Part shown: positions 18,342 to 27,017 of the stretch, piece after piece
Position numbering within the stretch: position 1 is the stretch's first letter
Layout of the letters: the number at the start of each line of letters is the position of its first letter
From: Nevskiales bacterium
GTDB lineage: Bacteria; Pseudomonadota; Gammaproteobacteria; Nevskiales; DATLYR01
DNA length: 40,198 nucleotides
Direction: 5' to 3'
Assembly: GCA_041620675.1 (NCBI GenBank)
Contig: JBFKCG010000001.1
Location: 1 to 40,198, forward strand
Notes under the pieces: model-generated
What the model was told of the DNA's origin: nothing
The model's input: the letters and a program-made list of their open reading frames with translations, nothing else
The model's database searches: none
Made by a program: the position numbers and the translations under genes

Positions 18342-19373
18342 ATGAAAACCATCGTAATCCATAAGCCGGGCGGCTATGACCGTTTGTCGCTTGAGGCGCA
18401 GGCCGATCCCAGGCCCGGTCCGGGTGAGGTGCTGATCAAGGTCAACCATGCCGGCGTGAACTATGCCGACTGCGTCATCCGCATGGGACTCTACGCCTCA
18501 GCCAAGCAACTGGTTGGCTGGCCGATCACCCCGGGCTTCGAAGTGGCAGGGGAGGTCGCGGCGGTCGGCGACGGCGTTAACGGTCTTACATCAGGACAGC
18601 GCGTGCTCGGCGTGAGCTTGTTCAATGGCTATTCCTCTCAACTGGTCCTGCCAGCCCGCCAAGTCATGGCAATCCCGGCGCAGATGGACACCGCAACGGC
18701 AGCCGCCATCCCCACCATCTACCTGACGGCCTGGTTCGCACTCATGGAACTGGCGCATGTGCGTCCCGGCGAGCACGTGCTGGTGCATTCCGCCGCCGGT
18801 GGCGTCGGCAGTGCCGCCTTGCAGCTGGCAAAACGCGCGGGTGCCAAGGCCACTGCGGTGGTGGGTGCGCCACACAAGGTCGCCGCGGCACTTGAACTCG
18901 GCGCCCATCATGTCATCGACAAATCCAGTGAGGCGCTATGGCCGCGTGCCAGGCAGCTCGCGCCTGCCGGCTATGACCTGATCCTGGATGCCAACGGCGT
19001 GTCCACCCTGAAAGACAGCTATCGTCACCTTGCCCCGCTAGGCCGCCTCGTGGTCTATGGCTTTCACAGCATGTTGCCCAGGCAAGGGGGACGCCCGAAC
19101 TGGGCCAAGCTGGCCTGGGACTGGCTACGCACGCCGCGCTTCAACCCATTGAACCTGACCACCGACAACCGCAGCGTGCTGGCCTTCAACCTCAGCTTCC
19201 TGTCACAGCGTGCTGACCTGCTGCTACCCGCCATGCAGCAAATCCTGGCCGGATTCGAGCGCGGCGAACTGCGTGCACCAAGCATCACAACTTATCCGTT
19301 GGCGGATGTGGCCCTTGCCCATCAGGCACTGGAGTCTGGCCAGACCGTCGGCAAGCTGGTGCTGGAAATGTGA
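18342..19373 (+). CDS. Zinc-type/quinone oxidoreductase (MDR superfamily, VAT1-like)
   Basis: The sequence carries GEVLIKVNHAGVNYAD and the Rossmann motif VHSAAGGVGSAALQLAK, and ends GKLVLEM. Confidence 0.85.
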   Translation: MKTIVIHKPGGYDRLSLEAQADPRPGPGEVLIKVNHAGVNYADCVIRMGLYASAKQLVGWPITPGFEVAGEVAAVGDGVNGLTSGQRVLGVSLFNGYSSQLVLPARQVMAIPAQMDTATAAAIPTIYLTAWFALMELAHVRPGEHVLVHSAAGGVGSAALQLAKRAGAKATAVVGAPHKVAAALELGAHHVIDKSSEALWPRARQLAPAGYDLILDANGVSTLKDSYRHLAPLGRLVVYGFHSMLPRQGGRPNWAKLAWDWLRTPRFNPLNLTTDNRSVLAFNLSFLSQRADLLLPAMQQILAGFERGELRAPSITTYPLADVALAHQALESGQTVGKLVLEM

Positions 19374-19412
19374 TCGCTGCCAGTCGCCCCGACAAGGCAG
19401 CCCGTACCTTGC

Positions 19413-21104
19413 CTAAAAGCGTGAGGCGCTGAGCTTGATGTCGGCACGGTACCAGGCCAGGTCAAAGCGCCGCTTGATCTCATCGGCTGCCGCCAGCTTG
19501 CCCTGCGCCCTCAGGGCCTGCGACAAGCCATACAGCGACCAGCCATTACGCGGATGACGACGCAGGTCTTCGCGATATACCTGCTCCGCTTCCTTGGCAA
19601 GGCCAACCGTCAATAACGCGCGGCCCAGCGACTGCCGGATCGGGTAATCCCAATACGGCGGCTCCATATAGGGCAACACATCCTGCTTCTTCACGGCCTT
19701 GCGCAAGCGCTCAAGCCCGCCGCCCTTATCCCCGCTGCCCATCAACAATTGGCTGTCCAGCAGCAATTCGGCAATCTCAACGATCTGCTCAGCCGGCACC
19801 TGGTAGACGTCGTAAGGCTTCCATTGCGCAGACTTGGCCAGTTCGCGCAGGGATTTGAGTTTCTGCGCAGCCGCCGACAGGTCGCCCTTGTTGGTCAAGG
19901 CCATGCCCTGGGCGTAAGAAACCAGCGCCGAGGCCAACGGCAAGTCCGCTGGAGGCAATGAAGCCGCCAGCACCTCATCCCATTGCCCAAACTGCAGGTA
20001 AGCCAGTTGCGGAACCGCCAACAACGGTTCCACGATGGCGAATTCACGCGCCATTTCAGGCGTAACCAGCTCGGTCAGCTTGTGTGCGGTCTTGATCGCC
20101 AGCCGGCTGCGGCCTTCCGTGGTGGCTGCCCACCACAGGAAGTGCACGTTATGCGGGTAATAGGCTGCAGGATAAAACCCCTGTGCCTTGCATTGGCTGA
20201 TGTAGGCCTCGTCCACAGCGGCCGCGCGCTCGTTGATGTCCGAGGCGTCTGCATAACGTCCCACGCGCATGTAGATATGCGCTGGCATGTGGACCAAGTG
20301 ACCCGCGCCCGGCACCAGCCTGGCCAGCCGATCCGCCGCGACTTCGGCCATCTGAGGGCGCGGCGAGGCCTCAACCGCATGGATATACAGGTGCAGGGCC
20401 AGCGGGTGATTGGGATTCTCGCGCATTATCCCTTCCAGCACCTGCAACAGTTCCTCGGTTTGCGGGCCCGGGGAACCATCATCCTCCCAATAGTCCCAAG
20501 CCGTGGTGTCCATGATGGCCTCCGCGTAAAGCGCAGCGGCGTCCAGGTCATCCGGATACTGTTGCGAAAGCGCGCGCATGGCGTTGCGGTAATCGCGATC
20601 CAGTCCACTGCGATCTTCCATCGGCTTTTCACGGTATCGAAGCTGCAGTGCACGGATGTAGGCCTGCTCACGAGGCGTCACCAGGCTGGACAGCTCCAGC
20701 GCCTTGCGCGCGGCAGCCCAGGCGCGCGGAACGGCATCCGGGAACATCGGCGCATTGATGTTGGGGCCCAGCGCCAGGGCTTCACCCCAGTAGCACATGG
20801 CGCAATCTGGATCGAGCCGCTGCGCGGCCTGGAACGAGCGGGCGGATTCGGCATGATTGAAGGCAAACGCCAGGATCAGTCCCTGGTTGAAATACTGCTG
20901 TGCCTTTTCAGAGCGGGTCGTCACGGGATGCGTGTGATCGCCCAGCCCCTCAAACAAGGGGGCCTCGCCCCTGCGCTCCTGGTCGGCTTGCCCGGCCTGA
21001 CTGGCGGCCTCTTGCACATCATTGCCGTCTCGCTTGCCGCAAGCAGTCAATGACAGCAGTAGCAATACAGCAATGAACCCCTGTGTCGTGCGTGAGATCG
21101 TCAT
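19413..21104 (-). CDS. TPR-repeat lipoprotein (TTC38-like)
   Basis: The ATG at 21104 is preceded by GAGGAGG. A lipobox is present (LLLSLTACGK). The helical repeat content includes the motifs AMCYWGEA and HMPAHIY. Confidence 0.7.
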   Translation of the reverse strand: MTISRTTQGFIAVLLLLSLTACGKRDGNDVQEAASQAGQADQERRGEAPLFEGLGDHTHPVTTRSEKAQQYFNQGLILAFAFNHAESARSFQAAQRLDPDCAMCYWGEALALGPNINAPMFPDAVPRAWAAARKALELSSLVTPREQAYIRALQLRYREKPMEDRSGLDRDYRNAMRALSQQYPDDLDAAALYAEAIMDTTAWDYWEDDGSPGPQTEELLQVLEGIMRENPNHPLALHLYIHAVEASPRPQMAEVAADRLARLVPGAGHLVHMPAHIYMRVGRYADASDINERAAAVDEAYISQCKAQGFYPAAYYPHNVHFLWWAATTEGRSRLAIKTAHKLTELVTPEMAREFAIVEPLLAVPQLAYLQFGQWDEVLAASLPPADLPLASALVSYAQGMALTNKGDLSAAAQKLKSLRELAKSAQWKPYDVYQVPAEQIVEIAELLLDSQLLMGSGDKGGGLERLRKAVKKQDVLPYMEPPYWDYPIRQSLGRALLTVGLAKEAEQVYREDLRRHPRNGWSLYGLSQALRAQGKLAAADEIKRRFDLAWYRADIKLSASRF

Positions 21105-21140
21105 CTGCCCTCCTCGCACCCCGCGTGTCCCGGCCGGTGC

Positions 21141-21971
21141 TCAAGTTGTGGTTAAGGGATGCTCCGCGTGAATCAGCCGCTTATGCCATGCCTTCGAACG
21201 ATAGGGTTTCCATCCGCCCTCCGGCTGGGCCAGACGATCAGCAATGATCGTCAGCACCAGCGGGTTAACCGCCAGGCCGAAATGACTGGACAGCACGCCA
21301 ACACTTTCAGTATGCGGTGCCGGCTCTTCGCGCGAACACTGCCAGGCCACGATGCCGTCACTCTTGCTGTAGATGGCCGTGCAAGGAACCGGCGGCGGCA
21401 CACGCCGCTTCTGGAAGGACTCCCAATCGAGATTCACTTGCCTGCCACGATTGGCCATGTGGAACAACACGGCAACGTTGTTCGCCGAGGGATGCCCATT
21501 GATCGGGCTGCCCAGGGTGATGACCTGTCGCACATGCTCTGGTGCGTATCGCGCCATCTCGCGCGCATACACGCCACCCAGGCTCCAGCCGATGAGACTC
21601 ACTGTCTGACCATGGCGGTCATGCAGGGATTCCACGCTGCGGGCCAGGGCATGCTTGATGCGGGTGTTCATCCCGATATTCCGGCCCAACTCCCAGCCAT
21701 GCGCGGCATAGCCCAGTCGGCCTAGCAAGCGCCGCAACGGCAAGGTCGAGAGGTCGCTGCCACCAAAGCCGGGAATGACCACCACTGGCTGGCCATCGCC
21801 CTTGGGCAAGCGACGCAGCCAGGGCATGCTGACAAAGAAGGCTGCGTACTCCGCCCAGGCACGACCTTCGGCCAGCATCAGCCATTTTGAGGGCGGCGCG
21901 ATGTTGACCTCGTGCTCGGGCACCGGCCGCACACCATGAGTGGCTCGTTTATCATGCATAGTTGCTTGCAT
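21141..21971 (-). CDS. Alpha/beta hydrolase
   Basis: VVVIPGFGGSD and the nucleophile elbow GWSLGG are present. The gene is divergent from tesB. Confidence 0.7.
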   Translation of the reverse strand: MQATMHDKRATHGVRPVPEHEVNIAPPSKWLMLAEGRAWAEYAAFFVSMPWLRRLPKGDGQPVVVIPGFGGSDLSTLPLRRLLGRLGYAAHGWELGRNIGMNTRIKHALARSVESLHDRHGQTVSLIGWSLGGVYAREMARYAPEHVRQVITLGSPINGHPSANNVAVLFHMANRGRQVNLDWESFQKRRVPPPVPCTAIYSKSDGIVAWQCSREEPAPHTESVGVLSSHFGLAVNPLVLTIIADRLAQPEGGWKPYRSKAWHKRLIHAEHPLTTT

Positions 21972-22075
21972 CCCCTGCGCAGGGCGCCGCGGCGCCTGCG
22001 TTAATCAGCCCAGTGTCATTATGAGACGGTCCACGCCCAATGGGAAAGAACGCACCTGAAGCCAAATCCACGCCC

Positions 22076-22942
22076 ATGAACCAGATGCTGCAGGATCTGG
22101 TGCAGGTACTGGAGTTGGAAACCCTCGAACTCAACCTGTTTCGTGGGCAAAGCCGTGACCTTGGCGGCAAAAGCGTGTTTGGTGGCCAGGTACTGGGCCA
22201 GGCACTGGTCGCCGCCAATCGCACGGTAGAGGCCGGGCGGCGCGCGCATTCGCTGCATGCCTACTTCCTGCGGCCCGGCGACATGGCCGCGCCCATCGTT
22301 TATGAGGTGGAGCGCATCCGTGAGGGCCGCAGCTTCGTCACGCGACGCGTGAAAGCTGTGCAGCATGGCGTGCCGATCTTCAGCATGATGGCCTCGTTCC
22401 AGGTCTCCGAGAACGGTCACGAACACCAGACACCGATGCCGGATGTGCCCGCACCCGAGACATTGACCAGCCAGGCTGAATTGCGCAGGCAATCCGCAAA
22501 CCGCTGCCCCGACAAGTTGCGCAAGGGCTACTTGCGCGAGCTCGCCATCGAGTTCAAGCCAGTGTCACCGATGGATCCATTCACCCCGACCGCCACCTCA
22601 CCGCGACAACAAATCTGGTTCCGCGCCGCTGGCCGCCTGCCGGATGATCCGATCCTGCACCAGTGCGTACTGACCTATGCCACCGACTTCAACCTCCTGA
22701 GCACGGCCATGCTGCCGCATGCCATCAGCTACCTGCAGCCCAACGTGATCTGCGCCAGCATTGACCATGTACTGTGGTTCCATCACGACTGCCGCGTGGA
22801 TGACTGGCTGCTGTACGTCATGGACAGTCCCGGTGCCCAGGGGGGTCGTGGGCTCAGCCGGGGACTGATTTATAACCGCGAGGGAGTGCTGGTGGCCTCA
22901 GTTGCACAGGAAAGCCTGATGCGTGACATCAACCTGGCCTAG
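22076..22942 (+). CDS. tesB: Acyl-CoA thioesterase II
   Basis: MNQMLQDLVQVLELETLELNLFRGQSRDLGGKSVFGGQVLGQAL...HSLHAYFLRPGD aligns from residue 1 with E. coli TesB as remembered. The ORF extends to an ATG at 22040, but the ATG at 22076 fits the homolog better. Confidence 0.85.
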   Translation: MNQMLQDLVQVLELETLELNLFRGQSRDLGGKSVFGGQVLGQALVAANRTVEAGRRAHSLHAYFLRPGDMAAPIVYEVERIREGRSFVTRRVKAVQHGVPIFSMMASFQVSENGHEHQTPMPDVPAPETLTSQAELRRQSANRCPDKLRKGYLRELAIEFKPVSPMDPFTPTATSPRQQIWFRAAGRLPDDPILHQCVLTYATDFNLLSTAMLPHAISYLQPNVICASIDHVLWFHHDCRVDDWLLYVMDSPGAQGGRGLSRGLIYNREGVLVASVAQESLMRDINLA

Positions 22943-22959
22943 CGCCCTGGGCCCTCGCA

Positions 22960-23706
22960 CTAGCGGGCACAAAACTTGTCGACAGCGGCCAGGATGCCGT
23001 CGATCAACCGGTCCTGATGGGCGGTCGTGGTCAGCAAGAGCTCTTCATCGCGATTGAGGATGACACCAGCCTCGAACAGCACCGCGGGCATCTCCGCGGA
23101 ATACAGCAGGATCAGCTGGTTGAATCGGTAGATTCCGAGCTCTTTATCCAGCAGCCTGCGGCTGCGATAGCCATCATGGTGCAAGGTTGGCTTGAGCTTG
23201 CGGGCGCGCAATTCACGGCCGAGCAGGTCGGCGAACAGGCGGCTGTCTTTCGCTTCTTCGTTCTTTTCCGAGATGAAGATGGAGTGCCCGCTGAACTGGT
23301 CGCCGTAGCGCAGCGAGACGCCCTGGTACTTCCACTTGCTCAGGTATTTTTCTGGCATCGAGTCATGGTGGATGGATAGCAGCAGGTCCGCATCCATGTC
23401 ATCGGCCAGCTCGGCGCGTTCCTTCAGGCGCATCACGGCATCGCCATCGTTGATGATGAAGGCCTCCTTGTAGCCGCGCGTGCGCGCGGCATTCAGAAGC
23501 CTTCCCGCCAGATTCTTGTTGAACTGGTACTCCGGTACGCCGCGTGCGCTGGTGGCGCCCGGGTCTCGCACCGAGTGGCCAATGTCTATCGCCAGGACGA
23601 AATCTTCACGATCGCATCCCGCCTGGGCCCGAAGCGCTGTCAGCATCAATAGGCAAGCAACCAACAACCTCAAGTCACGCTTGCTCCCTGTCGTGCGCCC
23701 AGCCAT
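22960..23706 (-). CDS. N-acetylmuramoyl-L-alanine amidase (Amidase_3 family), secreted
   Basis: IDIGHSVRDPGA, EYQFN and LLLSIHHDS are zinc-ligand motifs of Amidase_3. The N-terminus looks like a signal peptide. The ATG at 23706 overlaps the upstream MFS gene by 37 nt. An alternative TTG at 23673 forms a TTGA start/stop overlap. Confidence 0.75.
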   Translation of the reverse strand: MAGRTTGSKRDLRLLVACLLMLTALRAQAGCDREDFVLAIDIGHSVRDPGATSARGVPEYQFNKNLAGRLLNAARTRGYKEAFIINDGDAVMRLKERAELADDMDADLLLSIHHDSMPEKYLSKWKYQGVSLRYGDQFSGHSIFISEKNEEAKDSRLFADLLGRELRARKLKPTLHHDGYRSRRLLDKELGIYRFNQLILLYSAEMPAVLFEAGVILNRDEELLLTTTAHQDRLIDGILAAVDKFCAR

Positions 23707-25019
23707 TCACGCAGGTTCGCCAGGCTCTGGCGGTACGGAGCCAGGCTGGCCCATAGCAGGATCAGGGCACCGGTTTGTGCCAGCGAACCCACCAGCAACA
23801 AGGAATAACCAATCGCGGCATCACTCTTGAAAAGGTAATCGGTCGCCAAGGCCACGGCGGTGGGACCTACGCCCAGGCCGATCAAGTTCACGATGAACAA
23901 ATAAAGCGCCGAAGCCTGGCCACGCATGTCGTTTGGCATCATTTCCTGGACCGCGGCCGGCGCCACACCAAACGGCATGCTCAGGAACACCGTTGACACC
24001 GCCACCATCGCCATCGACAGGTTGGCATCTGGCACCAATGGAAAGGCGATTCCCGAGGGAATGCCACAGATGGCAGCCAGCAGGCCCACCCGCATGTTCG
24101 CGTCCTCATGCCCGCGGCGCGCCATCCAGTCCGACAGGCGTCCACCGGCAACGATTCCAAACGTGCCGAAGATCATGATCACGGTGCCATAGGCCACCCC
24201 GATCTCGGCAGCAGTCCAGCCATGGTGCCGAATGAAGAAGGTCGGGATCCAGGCCGCCGCGCCGTAGGCCGTGAATGCCATCAGCGCAAAACCAAAGTTG
24301 TGGCACAACACCGCCTTGCGATTCTGCTTGATGTACGCGAGCACGGTCTTGAAGGGCACGCCGGCGGTTGCCCCACTCAAGCCCTGGCGCGCCGGCTCCC
24401 GGACCGTGTACATCACCACCGTGAACAGCACACCAGCGATGCCGAGGATGAAGAAGATCATCTGCCAGGGCCGTGTCGAGCCCACCAGAGGCAACACGAC
24501 TTCGCCCTGGCCTTGCGCAAACTTGATCACCAGCCCACCCAACAGGAATGCCAGGCCCGAGCCGATGTAAATGCCCATCGAATACACGCTGATAGCGGTG
24601 GCACGGCTCTCCTTGGGGAAGTAGTCCGCGATCAATGAGTAGGCGGATGGCGAGAGTGTCGCCTCGCCAACACCCACGCCCATGCGGTAGAGGAAGAACT
24701 GCCAGTAGTGGCGCGCGGTGCCGCAGGCAGCCGTCATGATGCTCCAGAATAAAATGCCCACCGCGATGATGGTGCGCCGGCTCTTGGAGTCAGCCAGTCG
24801 GCCCAGCGGAATGCCACAGATGGTATAGAACAGTGCGAAGCTGAAGCCCATCAGCAGGCTCATCTGCGTATCGCTGATATCCAGATCGGCTCGAATCGGC
24901 CCTACCAGCAGGTTGAGGATCTGCCGATCAATGAAGGAAAACACATAGGCCACCATCAGCACAGCCACCACGTACCAGGCATAGCCCAGGCCCGGCTTTT
25001 TCTCGCTTACCTCGTTCAT
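23670..25019 (-). CDS. MFS transporter (spinster-like)
   Basis: The translation shows about 12 TM spans and carries FIDRQILNLLVGPI, GRLADSKSRR and GRLSDWMARRG. Confidence 0.8.
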   Translation of the reverse strand: MNEVSEKKPGLGYAWYVVAVLMVAYVFSFIDRQILNLLVGPIRADLDISDTQMSLLMGFSFALFYTICGIPLGRLADSKSRRTIIAVGILFWSIMTAACGTARHYWQFFLYRMGVGVGEATLSPSAYSLIADYFPKESRATAISVYSMGIYIGSGLAFLLGGLVIKFAQGQGEVVLPLVGSTRPWQMIFFILGIAGVLFTVVMYTVREPARQGLSGATAGVPFKTVLAYIKQNRKAVLCHNFGFALMAFTAYGAAAWIPTFFIRHHGWTAAEIGVAYGTVIMIFGTFGIVAGGRLSDWMARRGHEDANMRVGLLAAICGIPSGIAFPLVPDANLSMAMVAVSTVFLSMPFGVAPAAVQEMMPNDMRGQASALYLFIVNLIGLGVGPTAVALATDYLFKSDAAIGYSLLLVGSLAQTGALILLWASLAPYRQSLANLREWLGARQGASVT

Positions 25020-25065
25020 GCGCTCCCCCCTGTTGTTTCGTTATTCGCGCGATTATTGTTTGCGC

Positions 25066-25428
25066 TCAACGTTCGACTGGCATGATCTCCTGCAAGGCGC
25101 GCCAACCGCCATCTACGTTTACCACATTCTTGTATCCCATCTGGCGCAAGGCGTCGCCAGCAAGCGCAGAGCGAAATCCTCCACCGCAATACAGGTATAG
25201 GGTTTCGCTGCGGTCGGGATGCTTGGACTCAATGTCACGCTCGATCACGCCCTTGCCGATATGCTCGGCACCTTTGACATGTGCCGCCGCGTACTCGCTT
25301 TCCTCGCGCACATCAATCAGCGCGCCCGGTTCTTTCTTCAAGGCGTCCGGCAACTCAGCTGCCTGTATCTCGCGAATACGGGTACGTGCCTCGTCCACCA
25401 GTTTCAGAAAAGCAGGGCTATGGCTCAT
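25066..25428 (-). CDS. Rhodanese-domain sulfurtransferase (single domain, 120 aa)
   Basis: The ATG at 25428 is preceded by AAGGAG. The active-site loop is LYCGGGFRS, and the motifs IDVREESEY and GYKNVVNVDGG are present. The upstream 56 codons of the ORF are not needed. Confidence 0.8.
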   Translation of the reverse strand: MSHSPAFLKLVDEARTRIREIQAAELPDALKKEPGALIDVREESEYAAAHVKGAEHIGKGVIERDIESKHPDRSETLYLYCGGGFRSALAGDALRQMGYKNVVNVDGGWRALQEIMPVER

Positions 25429-25528
25429 GGGATGCTCCTTGTCGACCTTCTGCGATGTTAGCGCAACATCGGTGGTGTCGGGGTAACATGGCTGTTTGTC
25501 GAACCCGCTTAGCCACGAGACCCCCGTC

Positions 25529-26296
25529 ATGTTGCGTTTTCTTGATGTCACAGCGTCCCTACTGACCAGCACTGCGCGTGGCTGGCGCGGCACCAATGCT
25601 TCTTCGCGCAGTCGCCAGCCCGGGAAGCCGCTGGAGCTGTATGAATATGAGGATTGCCCTTACTGTCGCCTGGTACGCGAAGCCCTGACCGAGCTTGACC
25701 TGGATGCGATGATCTACCCCTGCCCCAAGGGTGGCCGTCGTTTCCGGGCCGTGGTCAAACAGCTCGGCGGCAAGCACCAGTTCCCCTACCTGGTTGACCC
25801 CAATACCGGCACCCGACTGTACGAGTCGGCCGACATCATCGAATACCTGTGGCAAACCTATCGCGGCAAACCCGCACCCAAATCCCTGCGCGCGGCCCAA
25901 GTCGCCACCTCCAATCTCGCCTCCGGCTTGCGCTGGCCGCGCGGCCTCAAGGCCAAGCCATCAAAGCCGCCCGCCCAGCCGCTTGAGTTATACAGTTTTG
26001 AATCCAGCCCATTTTCCCGGCTGGTGCGGGAAGTCCTGTGCGAACTGGAACTGCCCTACCTGCTGCGCAATACCGGCAAGGCGGAGTGGCAGCAACTGGG
26101 GCCGCCGTCTGTCCGTACCACGTTCTTCAAGGACCGGCCCATCAAGGGCCGCAACCGCCTGCGCCTGTTTGAGCACACCGGCCGCCAGCAGGTGCCATAC
26201 CTGGTTGATCCCAACACCGGCACCGAGATGTTCGAATCCGCCGATATCCGCGATTACCTGCTCGCCACCTATGGTGATGGCCCGAACGCGCCGTAA
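25529..26296 (+). CDS. Tandem glutaredoxin-like / GST N-terminal-domain protein
   Basis: There are two internal repeats. The first is LELYEYEDCPYCRLVREALTELDL...QFPYLVDPNTGTRLYESADIIEYL. The second is LELYSFESSPFSRLVREVLCELEL...QVPYLVDPNTGTEMFESADIRDYL. The start could be the ATG at 25529 or the TTG at 25496. Confidence 0.7.
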   Translation: MLRFLDVTASLLTSTARGWRGTNASSRSRQPGKPLELYEYEDCPYCRLVREALTELDLDAMIYPCPKGGRRFRAVVKQLGGKHQFPYLVDPNTGTRLYESADIIEYLWQTYRGKPAPKSLRAAQVATSNLASGLRWPRGLKAKPSKPPAQPLELYSFESSPFSRLVREVLCELELPYLLRNTGKAEWQQLGPPSVRTTFFKDRPIKGRNRLRLFEHTGRQQVPYLVDPNTGTEMFESADIRDYLLATYGDGPNAP

Positions 26297-26338
26297 CGCA
26301 AACCGCGCCTTCGCTAGGGACCCGCGCGGAGGTCTTGC

Positions 26339-26743
26339 CTAAAGATCCGACAAGTAGATCTTGACGGTGCGCTTGCCAAAATGTCGCGCCGCCTGGGTGT
26401 CTTTACCCATGTAGATGTCGATGCGGTTTTCCCAGCGCGCGTGCATCTTGTCGAGCACGACGTATTCTCCCGGCAGGCCATGGATACGAACCTTGGCGTT
26501 GCGCTTCAGGCCCATATCAAGCAGGTCGCGTGAAACCGCGATGCTCTTCATGCCCGGCTCCAGGCGGTCACCCCATGCCGCGATCTCGGGATCATCGTCT
26601 GTCTGCTCCACCACGGAGTTATAGGCGGTGGCCGTGACCACCAGTGCACGGACACCGGCCGTTTCCTCACTTGCTTCGGCCGGCAATAACAGCAGCAACA
26701 AACCCGCCAGGATCAAAGCTTCACGCAGGTGCTTCGTTTTCAT
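26339..26743 (-). CDS. 3D-domain (MltA-like DPBB) secreted protein
   Basis: It has a signal peptide, and TATAYNSVVEQTDDDPEIAAWGDRL...IAVSRDLL...YVVLDKM...RIDIYM resembles small 3D-domain proteins. Confidence 0.65.
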   Translation of the reverse strand: MKTKHLREALILAGLLLLLLPAEASEETAGVRALVVTATAYNSVVEQTDDDPEIAAWGDRLEPGMKSIAVSRDLLDMGLKRNAKVRIHGLPGEYVVLDKMHARWENRIDIYMGKDTQAARHFGKRTVKIYLSDL

Positions 26744-26807
26744 CTCTGGTCCTCCCTAGTGCCGCCTCTTTTGAGGTCTGTTATTGATAGCTCCGGCTGC
26801 GCCGAAC

Positions 26808-26836
26808 AGAAAAAAGGCGGGTCAGCCTGCCCGCCT
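26808..26836 (-). terminator. Rho-independent terminator
   Basis: On the minus strand it reads GGCGGG-caggctga-CCCGCC followed by TTTTTTCT. It lies about 180 nt downstream of the stop of 27018..28061 and 65 nt upstream of the 3D-domain gene start. Confidence 0.6.
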
Positions 26837-27017
26837 TCGATGACAAATTGGGGTCAACCCATGCATGGCCATGCTTGGCCATCGGGGTGGGGTCAGGGAG
26901 ACGCTGGGAGTCCGGAATGCCTCCGGCTGGTGGGGATGACTCAGCATGCATGCCCCCTAATTGGAGAGAGATGCTGGTTTTGTATCAACCTATAGTGGTT
27001 GTGTCAAGATCGAGACA

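Noticed and set aside
19983-21053. A 356-aa ORF on the plus strand.
   Set aside because: It is antisense to the TPR lipoprotein gene, has no recognisable motifs, and has the composition typical of a shadow ORF.
21990-22012. The GC-only palindrome GGCGCCGCGGCGCC in the hydrolase/tesB divergent spacer, considered as a possible operator.
   Set aside because: Pure-GC palindromes of this length arise easily in GC-rich DNA, and there is no flanking AT-rich promoter context. It is not distinctive enough to call.
26837-27010. An ORF of about 56 codons on the minus strand (MHAESSPPAGGIPDSQRLPDPTPMAKHGHAW...) in the long 3' region.
   Set aside because: Its G-run abuts the ATG with no usable spacing, its codon bias is mixed, and it reads straight through the terminator hairpin. 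It is more likely non-coding.
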